A stretch of DNA of 64,000 nt, from contig NW_024704743.1 in NCBI RefSeq assembly GCF_018977255.1, positions 41,046,001-41,110,000 of the forward strand, in the 5' to 3' direction. The position numbers were made by a program, and so were the translations under genes. How positions within the stretch are numbered: the first letter of the stretch is position 1; every line of letters starts with the position of its first letter. The notes below the pieces were generated by a model. The model saw nothing but the letters and a program-made list of their open reading frames with translations, was not told the origin of the DNA and searched no databases. Positions 1-12,308 of this stretch are shown here, piece by piece. The stretch is from Callorhinchus milii (taxonomy: Eukaryota).

Positions 1-770
1 CTTTGAGACATTTCAAAGTCCTTCCCCTTCCCTAGCTCCCTCCCTTGCCACCTTCAAGGCATGTCTCAAGACCCTTCTACCCTCTCTGCCTTCCACCCTA
101 CCTTAGCCCAATCCAAGCTCCCCCTTACTCAGGTCCACGTCCCCGACTGTCCAGAGCTTTGGGATGTCATCCCGATGTTGCATGACCTGCTCTGCCTTCC
201 CCCAGCTCTGCAACATTGCCTGGCTCTGCCATTGCCTTACCTCTCAGGATGCCAAAACCCTCATTTACACATTCATCACATCTAGGCTCGAATATGCCAA
301 CTCCCCATCTTTGCCCAATTTCACTGGCTGCCCATCCTTCAGAGGATAGACTTCAAAATACTCGTCCTCGCCTTTAAGGCCCTCCATGGACTTGCCTCTT
401 CCTACCTCTGTGACTTGGTAACCTATTATCAACCTGTCCGCTCCCTCTGCTCAGTAGGCTCAGAACTGCTCCACATCCCCTGTCCAGCCTACCCCACCAT
501 TGGCAGTTGGGCCTCCAGCCTTTCCGCCCCTAACTTTTGGGACTCCATCCCACATTCCCTTTGCCTCGCTCCCTCCTTTGCCTCCATCAAGGCATGTCTC
601 AAGACCCTGCTCTTCGACCTTGCCTTCGGCCACCCTTCTACCCTCTCTTCCCTCCACCCTCCCTCATCCAAACTCCCCCCAACCCCTGCTCAGGTCCAAA
701 TCCCTGACTGTCCAGCACCTTGGAACATCCTCCTAACATGAATGATGCTACAAAAACTTAATTTTTTTAT
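1..770 (+). mobile_element. Two adjacent degenerate L2 LINE 3' fragments
   Basis: Translations AKTLIYTFITSRLEYANS and LKTLLFDLAF match the C-terminus of the L2 ORF at 55178-56821; the L2 3' UTR (gctcaggtcc...ctgtccag...) occurs twice, near 130-170 and 690-745. Confidence 0.85.
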
Positions 771-1167
771 TGTTTGTATATCAAATGCAAGGATTATTAT
801 TACATGCTCATTGATAACCTCACTGTCATAAACAATAAACAGGTACTCAGTTGACTCTCCCACCAATCCCAATCTATTTTTAGTATAAAGTTTGTTGACA
901 TCAATAAATATTAGCAAGTACATGAAATTAAATTATTATTTGTCTGACTGCGAGAGAGAACAGCACAATTGGAATAAGTGTGACATGATAAGAAGTGTTT
1001 CTTTAAGTCTTTGGGGTTTTGTCCATTCATATTTCATAAAAGGTTAGTGACTGGCTGACAAGTATAGGTATATTGTAATATAAATGTGCGTAAAGTGTTT
1101 GTGGTAATATGTACATTATGTATGGATGTAGTCTTTCACTGCCTCTACAGGTGTTTGTCAAGCTCAC

Positions 1168-1332
1168 TCTGGAAGTCTCGAGCTGCTTGTAATGTTTCCT
1201 TCTGACTTCAGACATAGTCACAACTGGTTCCAAATATGAAATACGGATAAGTAGGAAACAAAAGAAAAGAAAAGTTAGGCAACATAAATTAACTACAAGA
1301 AGTCCAATGCCTTTCATGAAAATAATGTTCAC
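1168..1332 (-). CDS. Candidate coding exon with a transmembrane segment, gene unknown
   Basis: Acceptor tgtattttgtag|GTG and donor AGA|gtgagc; 165 nt, phase 0-0, open: VNIIFMKGIGLLVVNLCCLTFLFFCFLLIRISYLEPVVTMSEVRRKHYKQLETSR. Lies in non-repeat DNA. No homologue recognised. Confidence 0.35.
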
Positions 1333-2004
1333 CTACAAAATACACAGTTACAACGCTTTACAATGAATCATGTGAAGCGGCTTTAAATGTCCTCTCAACA
1401 CGAAAGCCACTGCATCAAATGCAAGGATTATTATTTTTGCAGTCAAATTTGTATTTATTGTACTTTACTAATACTAAAACACAGGTCTGCAAAAAGAAAA
1501 TCATGTATTATTAATCTAAGAAGATGTTTGTAAGAAAGGGGCATTTACAAATACAAATATTTACAATTTAAATAAAACCACAGACTTAAATATTTTCCAG
1601 TGCGATTGGTTTTTCACTTTCCCTACCAATAATTGTATCCATTGGGTGGTGAGAGGGGAGAATCTGTGAACTAATTTCTTAAAATATTATGAAGGTCTCC
1701 AAAGCCATGTACGAATACACATTAAACAGTTCTTTCAAGGTAGAAGATCAAAAGAATTTTTCATCAAAGACTTTTGGAAACAGAGTTTCATCCTTGATGT
1801 GTGCTGCTTCTTATTGAAAAGATGGGCAAGTTACTTAGATGTCTCATAAGTAAAATGCATTTTAGTAAACCTTGGCCTTAAATGTAGCTGCTGTTAATTA
1901 ATATAAATTTGGCCTTAATCCAGAAATGATACACTGAAAGATACGGGGAAGCAAAGAATAAATATCACCTGTTTTCCGTTAAAGAAAGATGGAGCACGAT
2001 CAGG

Positions 2005-2350
2005 TAAAAATGATAATCCTTGCATTTAGTATAGTGCCTTTCTCGTCAGGAGGACATCCCAAACTGCTTTATAGGATTTACTGTGAAGTGGAATGACTGT
2101 GCATTTGCAGGCAAATGTAGCAGCAAATTTGCACAAAACAATGTTCCAAATATTTTCCAGAGCAATTGCTTTTCCACTTTCCCTACCAATAATTGCCATG
2201 AAGTGATTGACCAATTTTATTTGGGCGCTTGTTGGTCAGGTAACTGGGAAAAACTCCCCTCTCTTTTCAAATTGTGCCTGGGGATCTTTCACATCCACCT
2301 TAGCAGACAGACAGGAATTCGGATTAGTGTCTCATCCAAAGGGCAGCACT
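2005..2350 (-). mobile_element. Deu-domain (SacSINE/AmnSINE-like) SINE
   Basis: Contains gggatctttcacatccacct..cagacag..gtctcatccaaagggcagcac plus the shared tail aatccttgcattt. Confidence 0.75.
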
Positions 2351-2972
2351 TTAAGTTTTAAAGCTGTTCTGTTCTATATAAGCTTAAATTGATAGCATGA
2401 ATATTTAGGGAGGGTGGGGTTCCGGCTGGATAAGAACACAAGACCAGTAGTAATTCCTGTGACATTAGAAGGAGGCCTCTCACAGCAATGTTAATAGATA
2501 CTGGATCCAGTGTTTCTATTCTACACCACCCCAACCCCAGTGCGGGAAACAGGAAAGGTGATTGCTTTAACCACTTTTGCAGAAGGCATAAATAGAGTTA
2601 TTGAACTAACGCCTACACATGAAGTGTTTACAAAGGATATTAAAGGTGAGGTAAGACATCCTGTATTTATGGTGATGCTGGATTAAAAGGGAATATTGGG
2701 AACTGATTTTATGCAGAGAAGGAGCTATAGTAGACTATGCGAACAGGTGTTTACACCTGACGGGGAGGAAAGGAGAAGTAGTGTTAGTATCAGATGCTTA
2801 TTCGATTTTTTTTATTAACAAACCAGAGGCTTTGGTGCTACCCACCCATGAAAAGCAGGAAGTGCAGGAGATCATAAGCAGATGTAAGGGAGCTTTTGCT
2901 ACTCACGAACATGACTGTGGAAGAATGACAGGAGAAGAACGTGTTAATGGATCAACCCATAGGCACCAGTGT

Positions 2973-3292
2973 GGAGTCCTGTAGCTCAGTGGTTAGAGCA
3001 CTCGCTTTGCAAACAAGAGACCTGAGTTCAGTTCCTGGCAGGGCGAAACCTTGGGCAAGTTTCCTTACTCCACACGTCTAATAATAATCCCTCCAATACC
3101 CAAAACAATAATAAATTGGTCATTTTCAATCTACGACTGTTTGTGGGACATTGCTGTGCGCAATTGGCTGCCGCGTTCGCCCACAAATATACAGTCAATT
3201 CACTTTACAGTGTGTTCTGTGAAGCACTTTGGGATGTCCTCCCGACGTGAAAAGCGCTATATCAAATGCAAGGATTATTATTATTATTATAA
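2973..3292 (+). mobile_element. tRNA-derived SINE, short subfamily, inserted in the ERV RT
   Basis: Head ggagtcctgtagctcagtggttagagcactcgc (A box) and gagttcagttcc (B box); L2-like 3' end; (TAT)n tail. Confidence 0.92.
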
Positions 3293-3361
3293 TGCCCTGT
3301 ACTTGACGAGAGCAGACCCTACGTAAGAGCCTGCACTACGTGAGCACTATTACAGCAAGGT

Positions 3362-3760
3362 GTGATCAGGAAAGGAACTTTTACCACCAATTCTCCCATC
3401 CGGACAGTGCGCAAACCAAATGGCTCCTGGAGATTAACTATTGATCATCAGAAATTAAACAAGGTAACTCCAGTATGCTCCTCTCTGGTGAGGGAAGCAC
3501 CTACATTGTTATCACAGGTGCCATCAAGGGTTAAGGTGTTATCAACTTTGGACATATCTAACAGCTTTTGTAGTGTCCCAGTGAAAAACGAAGATCAGTA
3601 TAAGTTTGCCTTCACCTTTGAAGATCAACAGTAAAATGCTCTGACCATATTCCATAAGTGGATGGCGGAAGATGTGAAGCAGTTTTCTAAGCCTTTATGT
3701 GAACCACTGAAAAAAGAAGTAACTGAAGAAATGGTGAAGGAGAAATGAACTGATAAACAC
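3362..3760 (+). pseudogene. Reverse transcriptase remnant of the ERV-like element
   Basis: ORF 3362-3634 carries the N-terminal RT motifs and continues as NALTIFHKWMA..FSKP; the YxDD region appears deleted. Confidence 0.85.
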
Positions 3761-4114
3761 CGTGGAGGCAGTGAGACCTGATTGCATTCTCCCCACATAG
3801 TACTAAACCTATTGATCAGATCAGGAGATCCGGCTGTCTCTTAAGTCAAGATTAAGCAATAGATTCATGTGCTGTCAGGAAAAAAATTGGACAGCAGAGC
3901 CAAAGGAACAATGTTATTATCTCAAATGTAATTGTGTGAGGGTGAGCCCTATATGTGTCCGTTGCCTGTGATGGACTTTGAGAAACGTTTGGAAGCAAGG
4001 AAGAATTGCTCGAAGCAGAACATGTATACATTGATGGGTCATCATACCACATTAATGGGAAGCCACATACAGGATTTGCAGCACACACCACACAAAGAAA
4101 TTATCACTACAAAT

Positions 4115-5076
4115 TGTTAGAATATAGACTTTTTGTATACTGCTAGAATCATAATAGATGTTGTGAATGGGTTAACTTTTAAGTTAAGTGTGGGGGGCAA
4201 CTGGACTGACAGTCATGGGATAGGACACTTCTGGTTTTCTCTGTTTTTGAAAGAATAACGGACAGGGGCAGGGGGTCACCTCTTATCAGTAAATGACAAG
4301 ACGCCCACAGAGGTAACGGTCCAAGGTACCAGTCGACACAGGATCTCGACTGAGCAATAAGTCATTAGATTCTGACAGGGCCTGCCAAGCGACAGAAGGC
4401 AACCCTCAAGAATAGCAACTAATGAGCAAATTGCTTAAACTGGAGGACCTTGGTACCATCCCGGGATACTGATAAGAAATAACCAGTCACTTAAACGGAA
4501 TGTACTAATGATCCCACACCACAAAATAATGAGCACCAGATACAACCCTAAACTGATCAATCCTCTATCTTAGACAATTAGATCAGATAACAGGGGTCTT
4601 AAGGACAGTGTGTTTGTGTGTGAGGCACGTACACCCCATGAGGTGTTCACGTGAACCCAGCATGATTTCGACAGGTGATCTAATGTCCGCACCATGATTG
4701 GACAAACATCGGTATAAGAGTTCCGATAACTTTGTGTATGGGGCCGTCCCGGGTCGTGGAGACAAGGATACGGGAGATGGAAGACTGAGAACTGGAAACA
4801 CTAAGACTGAGGATATCAGATGGAAGATTGAAAGCTGTAAGCAAGAAGACTGAAAGCATGAAGAATCAAGCTTGTGTGCTGGAAATACACAGTGTTGAAC
4901 TCGAGATATCTACGGTGGTATTATTCTATTATAAGATCTGTTGATTGTACCGGCCTTTGGTCTGACCCATCAGGATATTGGGGAATAACGAACGAATAAT
5001 AATAAAACAGTCTGATATCTGGTTAAAGGAATTAATGTTATTTTCTTACAGATTTGGCTGATTTTATTTTCTAACA
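4115..5076 (+). mobile_element. Solo LTR (962 bp) inserted in the RNase H domain
   Basis: TGTTAG...CTAACA termini; AAAT duplicated at 4111-4114 and 5077-5080; TATA-like tataag ~4713 and AATAAA 5001-5006; closely similar copy at 47122-48459. Confidence 0.92.
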
Positions 5077-5619
5077 AAATGTATCCCACACTCAGCCCAA
5101 TATGCAAAATTAGCAGCTCTAATTACAACAGTAAGATTAACAAAGGATATATCAATTAACATATGGTCAGATAGTGCATATGTCATCAATAAAACTTTGT
5201 TATTGCCCTTGTATCACGGAAACGCTTTCTGGACAACTGATGCAAAGGTCTCGGTGCATGTGATAATGCTACAAGGATGATGGGATTGTTTGAAATAACA
5301 AAATAGTCTGTAGAAATGGGAAAGATATTCAGCAGGTACTGGTAAGGCAGACCTACTAGCTAAAGAAGCAGCTAGGGATGGAGAAATGGGGTAGGCAGCA
5401 ATAAGCACAATAAGAAGGATGAGGGGGATTTGGGGAAATTACAAAATGACTACCTGCCATGTCAGATGATAAGAACATGGCATGAGCAGGGAGGGTTAAC
5501 CACTGTGGATCCACATGAATGGGCAACAGGCCCAAAATTGGTTTTGATGGCTGAGCAAAAGATACTGATGTGGGAAAATCAGGGTACACAAATGATGCAT
5601 AACACCATTGTTGGGAGAG

Positions 5620-6655
5620 GGGAAATATATCATCTGTTCCACTTCCACCCAACAGGGAGTCATGGGTCTGCAAATGTAACTCTAGATAAAATTAGCAAGA
5701 TGACTTTGCGTCCAGGAATGAAACAAGATATTGAATTGCTATGCCATAGATGCTTGGTTTGCTTACAACATAAACTTACACAGCATATTAATCGAGCCTC
5801 TATGAGAACAGCACCACTGCCTGAAGGACCCTAGACTCACATATAAATTGATTTTATTGGGCCATTACCTAAATCAGGGGATTATTTATAATGTTTGGGA
5901 ATTATAGACAAATTTACTAAATGGATGGTGGCATTCCCATGTAGAAGTAACATGGCTGGAAAAACAGCCAGAATGTTGCTGTGTGAGGTGCTATACAGGT
6001 GGGGAATACCTCTCCAGGTGGATAGTGACCGAGGGTCCCATTTTATGAGTTCTGAGTTCGCTGCGTTGCAAAAGATATTAGGCATTTAAGCAGGTTGCTC
6101 ATCATCCACAATCATCAGGAGTGGTGGAGCGAGGGAATCGGACACTCAAAACCATGTTAAGGAAATTTTGTGGGGATATTCCTAAAAATTGGGTGAGGAT
6201 GTTACCTATGTGTTGAATGGCAATCAGATCGGCTCCTCACTCTACCACTGAAATTACACCTTGCCAGACCATGACTGGGAGATTGATGAGAACACTTGGT
6301 CACTTATTAATGCCACATGTGACACCATTGGTACAGGGAAAGAAAGGAGAAAGGTGGCTCACAGCCATGATCGATTCCATCAGGCAAACAGACAAATTTG
6401 TGCCAAGAGCACAGGTAAAACAAAAGCCCAGATGAAGAAGTATTTTGACAAAATGGTCAGACCTTTTGAGCATGAGGTTGGGGATACTGTCATGGTCATT
6501 AACTATGCATTAAAGGAACACACTTTTGTGCCAAAATGGAAGGGACAGCACCCCATTGTAAATACATGCTAGTACATCAGTATATTTGATTCAATATCTG
6601 GGGAAGATGTGGCAAAAGTCTGTAAAATGGATCATATTAGCCAGTTGAAAATAGT
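5620..6655 (+). pseudogene. Integrase remnant (HHCC, DDE core, GPY/F-like C-terminus)
   Basis: FHFHPTGSHG..CHRCLVC; IDKFTKWMVAFP..RWGIPLQVDSDRGSHF; ERGNRTLK; VGDTVMV..PKWKGQHPIV. Confidence 0.9.
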
Positions 6656-7459
6656 CAAAGATGATAATTATCAGAAATGCAACTGAGAAGTAACTATGGG
6701 ATTTTGCTTTGTATCTCAGCTGAAGGATCTCTGAAATACCTCTGACATTGCTGTCCTCTCCAGCACTGCAATGGAATGCCAACTTAGATTATGAAATCAA
6801 GTCCTCACATCCTTCAGGTCCAGCAGTAACAATGATATTTATTTAGGCACAGACAAAATATCAGCTTAGTGGCTTAATAATATAGCGATGGAAATATACA
6901 AATATTCAGCATGGAAGAAGGCCACTTGAACAACTAGTGACTATTCTCTTTGGGTGTGAGATCAGTGGATTCATTTTAGGGCTGAGCTTGTTCCAAGGTG
7001 TCTATCCTGGAAATGAAATACCTAAATCAATGCAATACTCTATGGTGGTCTTATCAGTTGAGTTTGTGAACCAGGCAGCTCTGCCATACTTCAAGGCATT
7101 TTTGATGACAAATCATCCAGTCTTGTTGTCGGCATTACTTGGAATAGAAAACCATCACTGGAGGCACTGATTCTTCCTACTTGGATCCGGTTAACCATGC
7201 AAGCGAAAACCCTCTAACAGGCAGGGCTCACTGACAATGGTCAAAATGTTTTAGTTAATTAAACTCCAGAGATAGCCAAATGCACACTCTGAGGTTCCCA
7301 AACCTCTTGCCAACTGAAACCAAACACTTTCTGAAATTTGGTAGGCAGGATGCATCCCTCTGGGGAAAGAGTGCTCACACCATTCCAGACAAAGAGACAT
7401 TTTCATGGTCAAGTATCACAGATATGTACAAATCATAGTCTGTTTTGCTCCCTGACCAA

Positions 7460-8105
7460 CACCGCTTTCTTCTACCTCCGCCAAATTGCCTGTCTCTGAC
7501 AATACTTTACCCCAAAAGCTGCCAAAACCCTTGTTCACTCCTTTGTCACCTCTCAGCTGGACTACTCTAACACTCTCTGTGCCCGTCTACCCTCCTCCAC
7601 TATTCACAAAATTCAGCTCATTCAAAACTGCACTGCCAACATTCTCACCCACATCAAACTCCGTACCCCGATTACCCCAGTCCTTGCCAAACTCCACTGG
7701 CTCCCTGTCACAGAGCGGATCAGCTTCAAGATCCTCACTCTAGTGTTTAAATCCCATCATTCCTTGTCACCCCCCTATCTCTGTAACCTCCTCTCTCCCC
7801 ACAGCAATATCCACTGCCTCTGCTCTACAAGCTCTGGCCTCCTCCATGTCTTCCGAATCCACTGCTCCACCATCGGCGGCTGTGCCTTCAGCCACTATGC
7901 CCCAAAACTTTGGAACTCCCTCGCTCAACCTCTTCGCCTCTATCCTCCTTCCCCATCTTCAGGTCGCGCCTGAAGATCTTCCTCTTTGACCACGCTTACC
8001 ATCACAATGCCCCTCTCCGTCCCTCGGCCTTGGGTTCTATTGTTAATTGCTCTGAGATGTCACCTGGCATGGAGTGCTCTATATAAATCCAAGTTGTTGT
8101 TGTTT
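7460..8105 (+). mobile_element. L2 LINE 3' fragment
   Basis: Encodes IGGCAFSHYAPKLWNSL; ends ataaatccaagttgttgttgtt. Confidence 0.88.
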
Positions 8106-10932
8106 AGATACTCTTAAGCATAGCAAAGGCTTTTCGCAATGTGCAGGTACCCATTTGACCTTCTATTTTAGGCTTTAGCGTTTCTACTTATGCTTTAAGT
8201 TCACTTATTTTTAGTAATCTCTTGCAATCTTCAAAACATAAACTTTGCTAAACTGGGAATCTGGAATCACTCTGGCTTACAAGATAAAAGGTTCACTTCA
8301 GATGATAGAATCTCACACCTCTTGTTGGTACTGTTGGTCAAGGCTTGATACAGACAAACGTATGGCATGAGCACAGCATGCAGACTCATCCACCATTCAG
8401 CAAATGACCCTGACCTGGAATGAAGCTGCAAGCAAATCCATCAGTCTCACTGGACTTTTATTCAAAGCAAAAGTGATCTTAACCCAGAATTAAACCATGT
8501 CTAGAAGAGATGACTTTGAACTCTGTTTTAAATTGGTTGTCAATGCCTTTTTTTTAAGTTACTATGTAATTTTGTATTGTTTCATCCTGCAAACTGCTAC
8601 CTCAATGCAAAATGATAAAAAATAGCTCTTCAGTTTAAATACAGCATCACGTTGAAATGCTCACTGTTTGTTCTACAATGTATTATTTTATTCTCTATAT
8701 AACCTCTTACAGGAGAAAACAAGATTAGCACAAAAAATAAATCACTGGAGCCAATACCATCATGTTTTTTGCAAGATATTTCACTTTGTTTTTACACACA
8801 GAGGAGATAAGAACAATTATCTCCTTGTGAAACCTGTCTAACATAACACATTCATTACCATTATTACCTCAGTTTAAAAGAAAATGAAGGTTAAAAGAAA
8901 GCCATTATACAAGTTTTCAAAGCAACTGTTAAAAATGTGTTCTGCAGCCAGAACTTGTGTAATGCACAGTTAAACAAACCAATTGTTTCCAATTTGATGA
9001 GATTTTCATACCCAAGTATAACCACAATTTTAGAAAACCAATACCCCTGTAAACAAGTGGTGTGAGAGCATTTCACAGAGGTAATCTCCTAATGCTAGGA
9101 ATTCAGTGTGACTGGAACCACTGTAAAACTCCAATTAAACAAGTAAGTGCTCCGTGTGAAGGGTGGATATAAATACAAATTGTAAACTCAAGGTCCAGTT
9201 CAGTGTCATGCTGGCTCAGTTGATAAATAAATAAAATAATAATCCTTGCATTTGAGATAGCCCCTTATACATCTTTGAGACTTCTCAAATCGCTTTGATG
9301 GCCCTCTTGCTTCTGAGTTAGACGGTTATGGGCTTAAGCCCTAAATTCGAGACTGACACTCCAATATAGTGCTGAGGGAAATCTCAAATGTTGTCCTTCG
9401 GTTAAGCATTAATCTGAGGTCCTGTCTGTCAGTGTACCTTAAAGATTTCTAGACATTATTCCAAAATATAATTAATTTCCTATTGTCCTAGCAAAAATAA
9501 ATAAAAAGTAAAAGTAATACTCAAATCCTGGTTTGAAATCGCAGGGTTGACTTCACATTATTTTTTGTCCTCACTCCCGGGTATGGCAACTCTATATACT
9601 ATCAGCCTCACTCCTCCTCTCAGCGATTCTCTCAAAGCTTCTTTAAGATCCTTATCTTGGACTTCAATTCCTTCATCTCATCTCATTCCATTTCTGTGAA
9701 ACAAACAGGCCTCATTGCCCAAGCAACCTTTTCCCATTCCATATGGTCTCATCTCTACATTGTTCTCTGGTCCTACGCGAGAATCCTTAGTGCTTCTCTG
9801 CTCACTCTGGTCTATTAGTTGTTTCTCCCATTACTTCAACAATCACTGCACGCTCCAGTCAACTGCAACTCTCGTACAAAACCACTTTGCCTTGCTCCCT
9901 CCCTCTTTTGCTGCATGCCTTGAGAAAGCTTCTAGCATTATATCCATTTAAACTTAGTCAACATTATTAAGTCTATTTACTTCCCTGCTCCATGTGCACC
10001 ACAACATTTGTCAAGTGCTTTAAGATGTGATTTTATATGAACAATACTGTATAAATACAGGGTGCTGTTGCTGCATTGCAGCAGATTGCTCTGAAACCAG
10101 CAGACAAATTTTCCTGGGCTGATTGAGTGCACCAAATACATTTGCTGCAATTGTTTTTCCTAAATCAGATATTGCCAGCATGTGATTCATATATTTTCCT
10201 CCAATACAACAGTATGGGCTCGGCCTCCACTACAAACACTGCATTGTTCCTGTTTGCACATTGTAATCTCATACAGCAAAGTACAAACGCATAAACTGTC
10301 AGACACTTTGTTTGGAAAACAATCTATGCTGGTGGAGTAATAGGACTCTTCATCTATTGTCACCGTGACTTATTAACACATCCTGAGGCTTTCTATCTGA
10401 ATATGGGTTTTGGTCATTAATGGATAATGGTAAGACTACAGGACAGAAAGATAAACTGTATATCATGGAGTGACAATTCTATAGAAATGCGGTTTGTAAC
10501 AACATTAATTTACTCATAACATCAATTTAGTGTCAAATAAATGAATCGGAAAAATTGTCTTCTAAAGAGCAAATGCTTTTAAATTAAAAAATGTTATCTA
10601 ATTTACTTTAGGTATCTTATAAGAACATAAGAAAACATAAGACCAACGTGTATCTAGTTCGCCTTTCAGCTTCCTGGCGGTCGCATGCACATATGTCCCG
10701 TATTACCTATGTACTATGTCCCATAATGTTGTTTCCTAAAAGAAAACTATCTAATCTGTGTTTGAAGGAAACAACACTTCCTGCTTCAACTATCTCCCGA
10801 GGGAACCTGTTCCACAGGTTTACTGTTCGCTCACTGAAACAGTATTTACGAAGATTTGTTTTGAATTTACCTCCCACTTCAATCGCAGGCCGTGTCTTGT
10901 GGCTTTACTATTCTGGACTAATTGAAACAGCC

Positions 10933-11503
10933 AACAATAACAACAACAACTTGGATTTATATGGCGCCCTCCATGCCAGACGGCATCTCAGAGCGCTTCA
11001 CAGTAACGGATCCCAGGGCTGAGCCAGGGAGAGGGGGAGGAAGGTGACCAAAGGCGCAGTCGAAAAGAAAGGTCTTCAACAGAGACCTGAAAATAGGAAG
11101 AGAGGGGGCACGGTGAAGGATGAGGAAGGGAGTTCCAGAGCCTCAGGGCATAGTGGCTGAAGGCACGGCCGCCGAGGGTGGAGCAGAGGACTCGGGAGAT
11201 AAGAAGGAGGCCAGACCCGGAGGAACGAAGGCAACGGGCACTGTTTTGAGGAGAGAGGAGGTCAGAGAGGTAGGGAGTGTAGAGAAGTGGAGGGATTTGA
11301 AGACAAGGGTGAGCATCTTGAAGTCGATCCTCTCTGGGACAGACAGCCAGTGCAGTTTGGCAAGGACTGGGGTGATCGGGGAGCGGAGTTTGGTGTGGGT
11401 GAGAATGCGGATGGCAGAGTTTTGAATAATCTGTATTTTATGGATGGTAGAGGAAGGGAGGCTGGCGAGGAGGGCGTTAGAATAGTCCAGCCAAGAGGTG
11501 ACA
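10933..11503 (-). mobile_element. L2 LINE 3' fragment nested in CR1
   Basis: (AAC)n tail at 10933-10950; homologous to the L2 at 7460-8105. Confidence 0.9.
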
Positions 11504-12124
11504 CGATCTACATTTTCTAGCCCCTTTAGATCTTAAAGACAGCAATCATATTGTGTCTCAATGTTCTCTTTTCCAGCGTGAACATGCCCAATTTACTTAG
11601 TCGCTCCTCATAGTCCAGTCCCTCATTTCCTCAATCATTTTGGTTACCCTCCTCTTTATCCTCTCAATTTCTCTCATATCTTTTTTGTACTGTGGCGACC
11701 AGTTTTGTACACAATACTCCAAGTAAGGTCTCACCAATGATTTATACAGTGGCAGGATTACCCCACTATTGTGGTTTGCTAGGCTATAAATGGAATCTTG
11801 TTGTTGTCGTTGTTGTTGCTATTCATCTTTTGATGCATCCCAACTTCTTGTTTGTTTTACTCACTACCACAGAGCATTTTTGCGAAAATTTCAATTTATT
11901 GTCAATCAGGACCCCCAGGTCCTTCACATTTTCCATACATATTATTTTCCTTCCTAGATTCAAATAATAGTCCCTTCCTAGATTTTTTGTCCCCATGTGA
12001 ACTACTTTACGTTTTTCAACATTGAATTTCATCTGCCACCGGTATGCCCAATTCCCAAGTATGTTCAAATCCTCCTGTAACCTATCTTGTTTAACTTTGC
12101 AATCTACCACCTTCATTAGCTTGG

Positions 12125-12308
12125 ACAAAATACAAAATACCGCCGATGCTGGAATCTGAAAACTCAGCAGGTAAAGCAGCATCTATGGAGAAAAAAAAGT
12201 GAGTCCACTGACTAATGAAGGGTCATGGACCCGAAACGTTGACACACTTTCCTTTCTCCATAGATGCTGTCTGACCTGCTGAGTTTTCCCAGCTCTCTCT
12301 GTTTTTGT
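12125..12308 (+). mobile_element. Penelope-like pLTR-derived fold-back unit with a mutated hammerhead core
   Basis: 13-bp TSD ttcattagcttgg (12112-12124, 12309-12321); inverted arms; core ctaatga-agggtcatggaccc-gaaa-cgtt at 12212-12240. Confidence 0.75.

Larger units (their letters stand above)
2400..6660 (+). mobile_element. pol: Decayed retrovirus-like pol (PR-RT-RNase H-IN), class III/spuma-related ERV-like; no gag, env or own LTRs seen
   Basis: Protease LIDTGSSVSI (2491-2520); RT NSPIRTVRKPNGSWRLTIDHQKLNKVTP and LDISNSFCSVP..YKFAFTFEDQQ; RNase H VYIDGSSY..GFAA and SAQYAKLAAL..INIWSDSAYV; integrase HHCC, IDFIGPLP, VDSDRGSHF, HPQSSGVVERGNRTLK; many stops, frameshifts and deletions. Confidence 0.9.

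Noticed and set aside
2973..3045. tRNA gene (also at 41723, 43175, 45834, 53925, 61339)
   Set aside because: These are tRNA-like heads of a SINE; each continues into the same SINE body and tail.
3051..3326. Recurrent ORFs ending ...KCKDYYYY (also 19114, 30613, 41792)
   Set aside because: Chance translations of the SINE body and (TAT)n tail.
4583..4801. Conserved small protein (similar ORF at 47600-47803)
   Set aside because: The similarity only reflects the two LTR copies; no evidence of coding selection.
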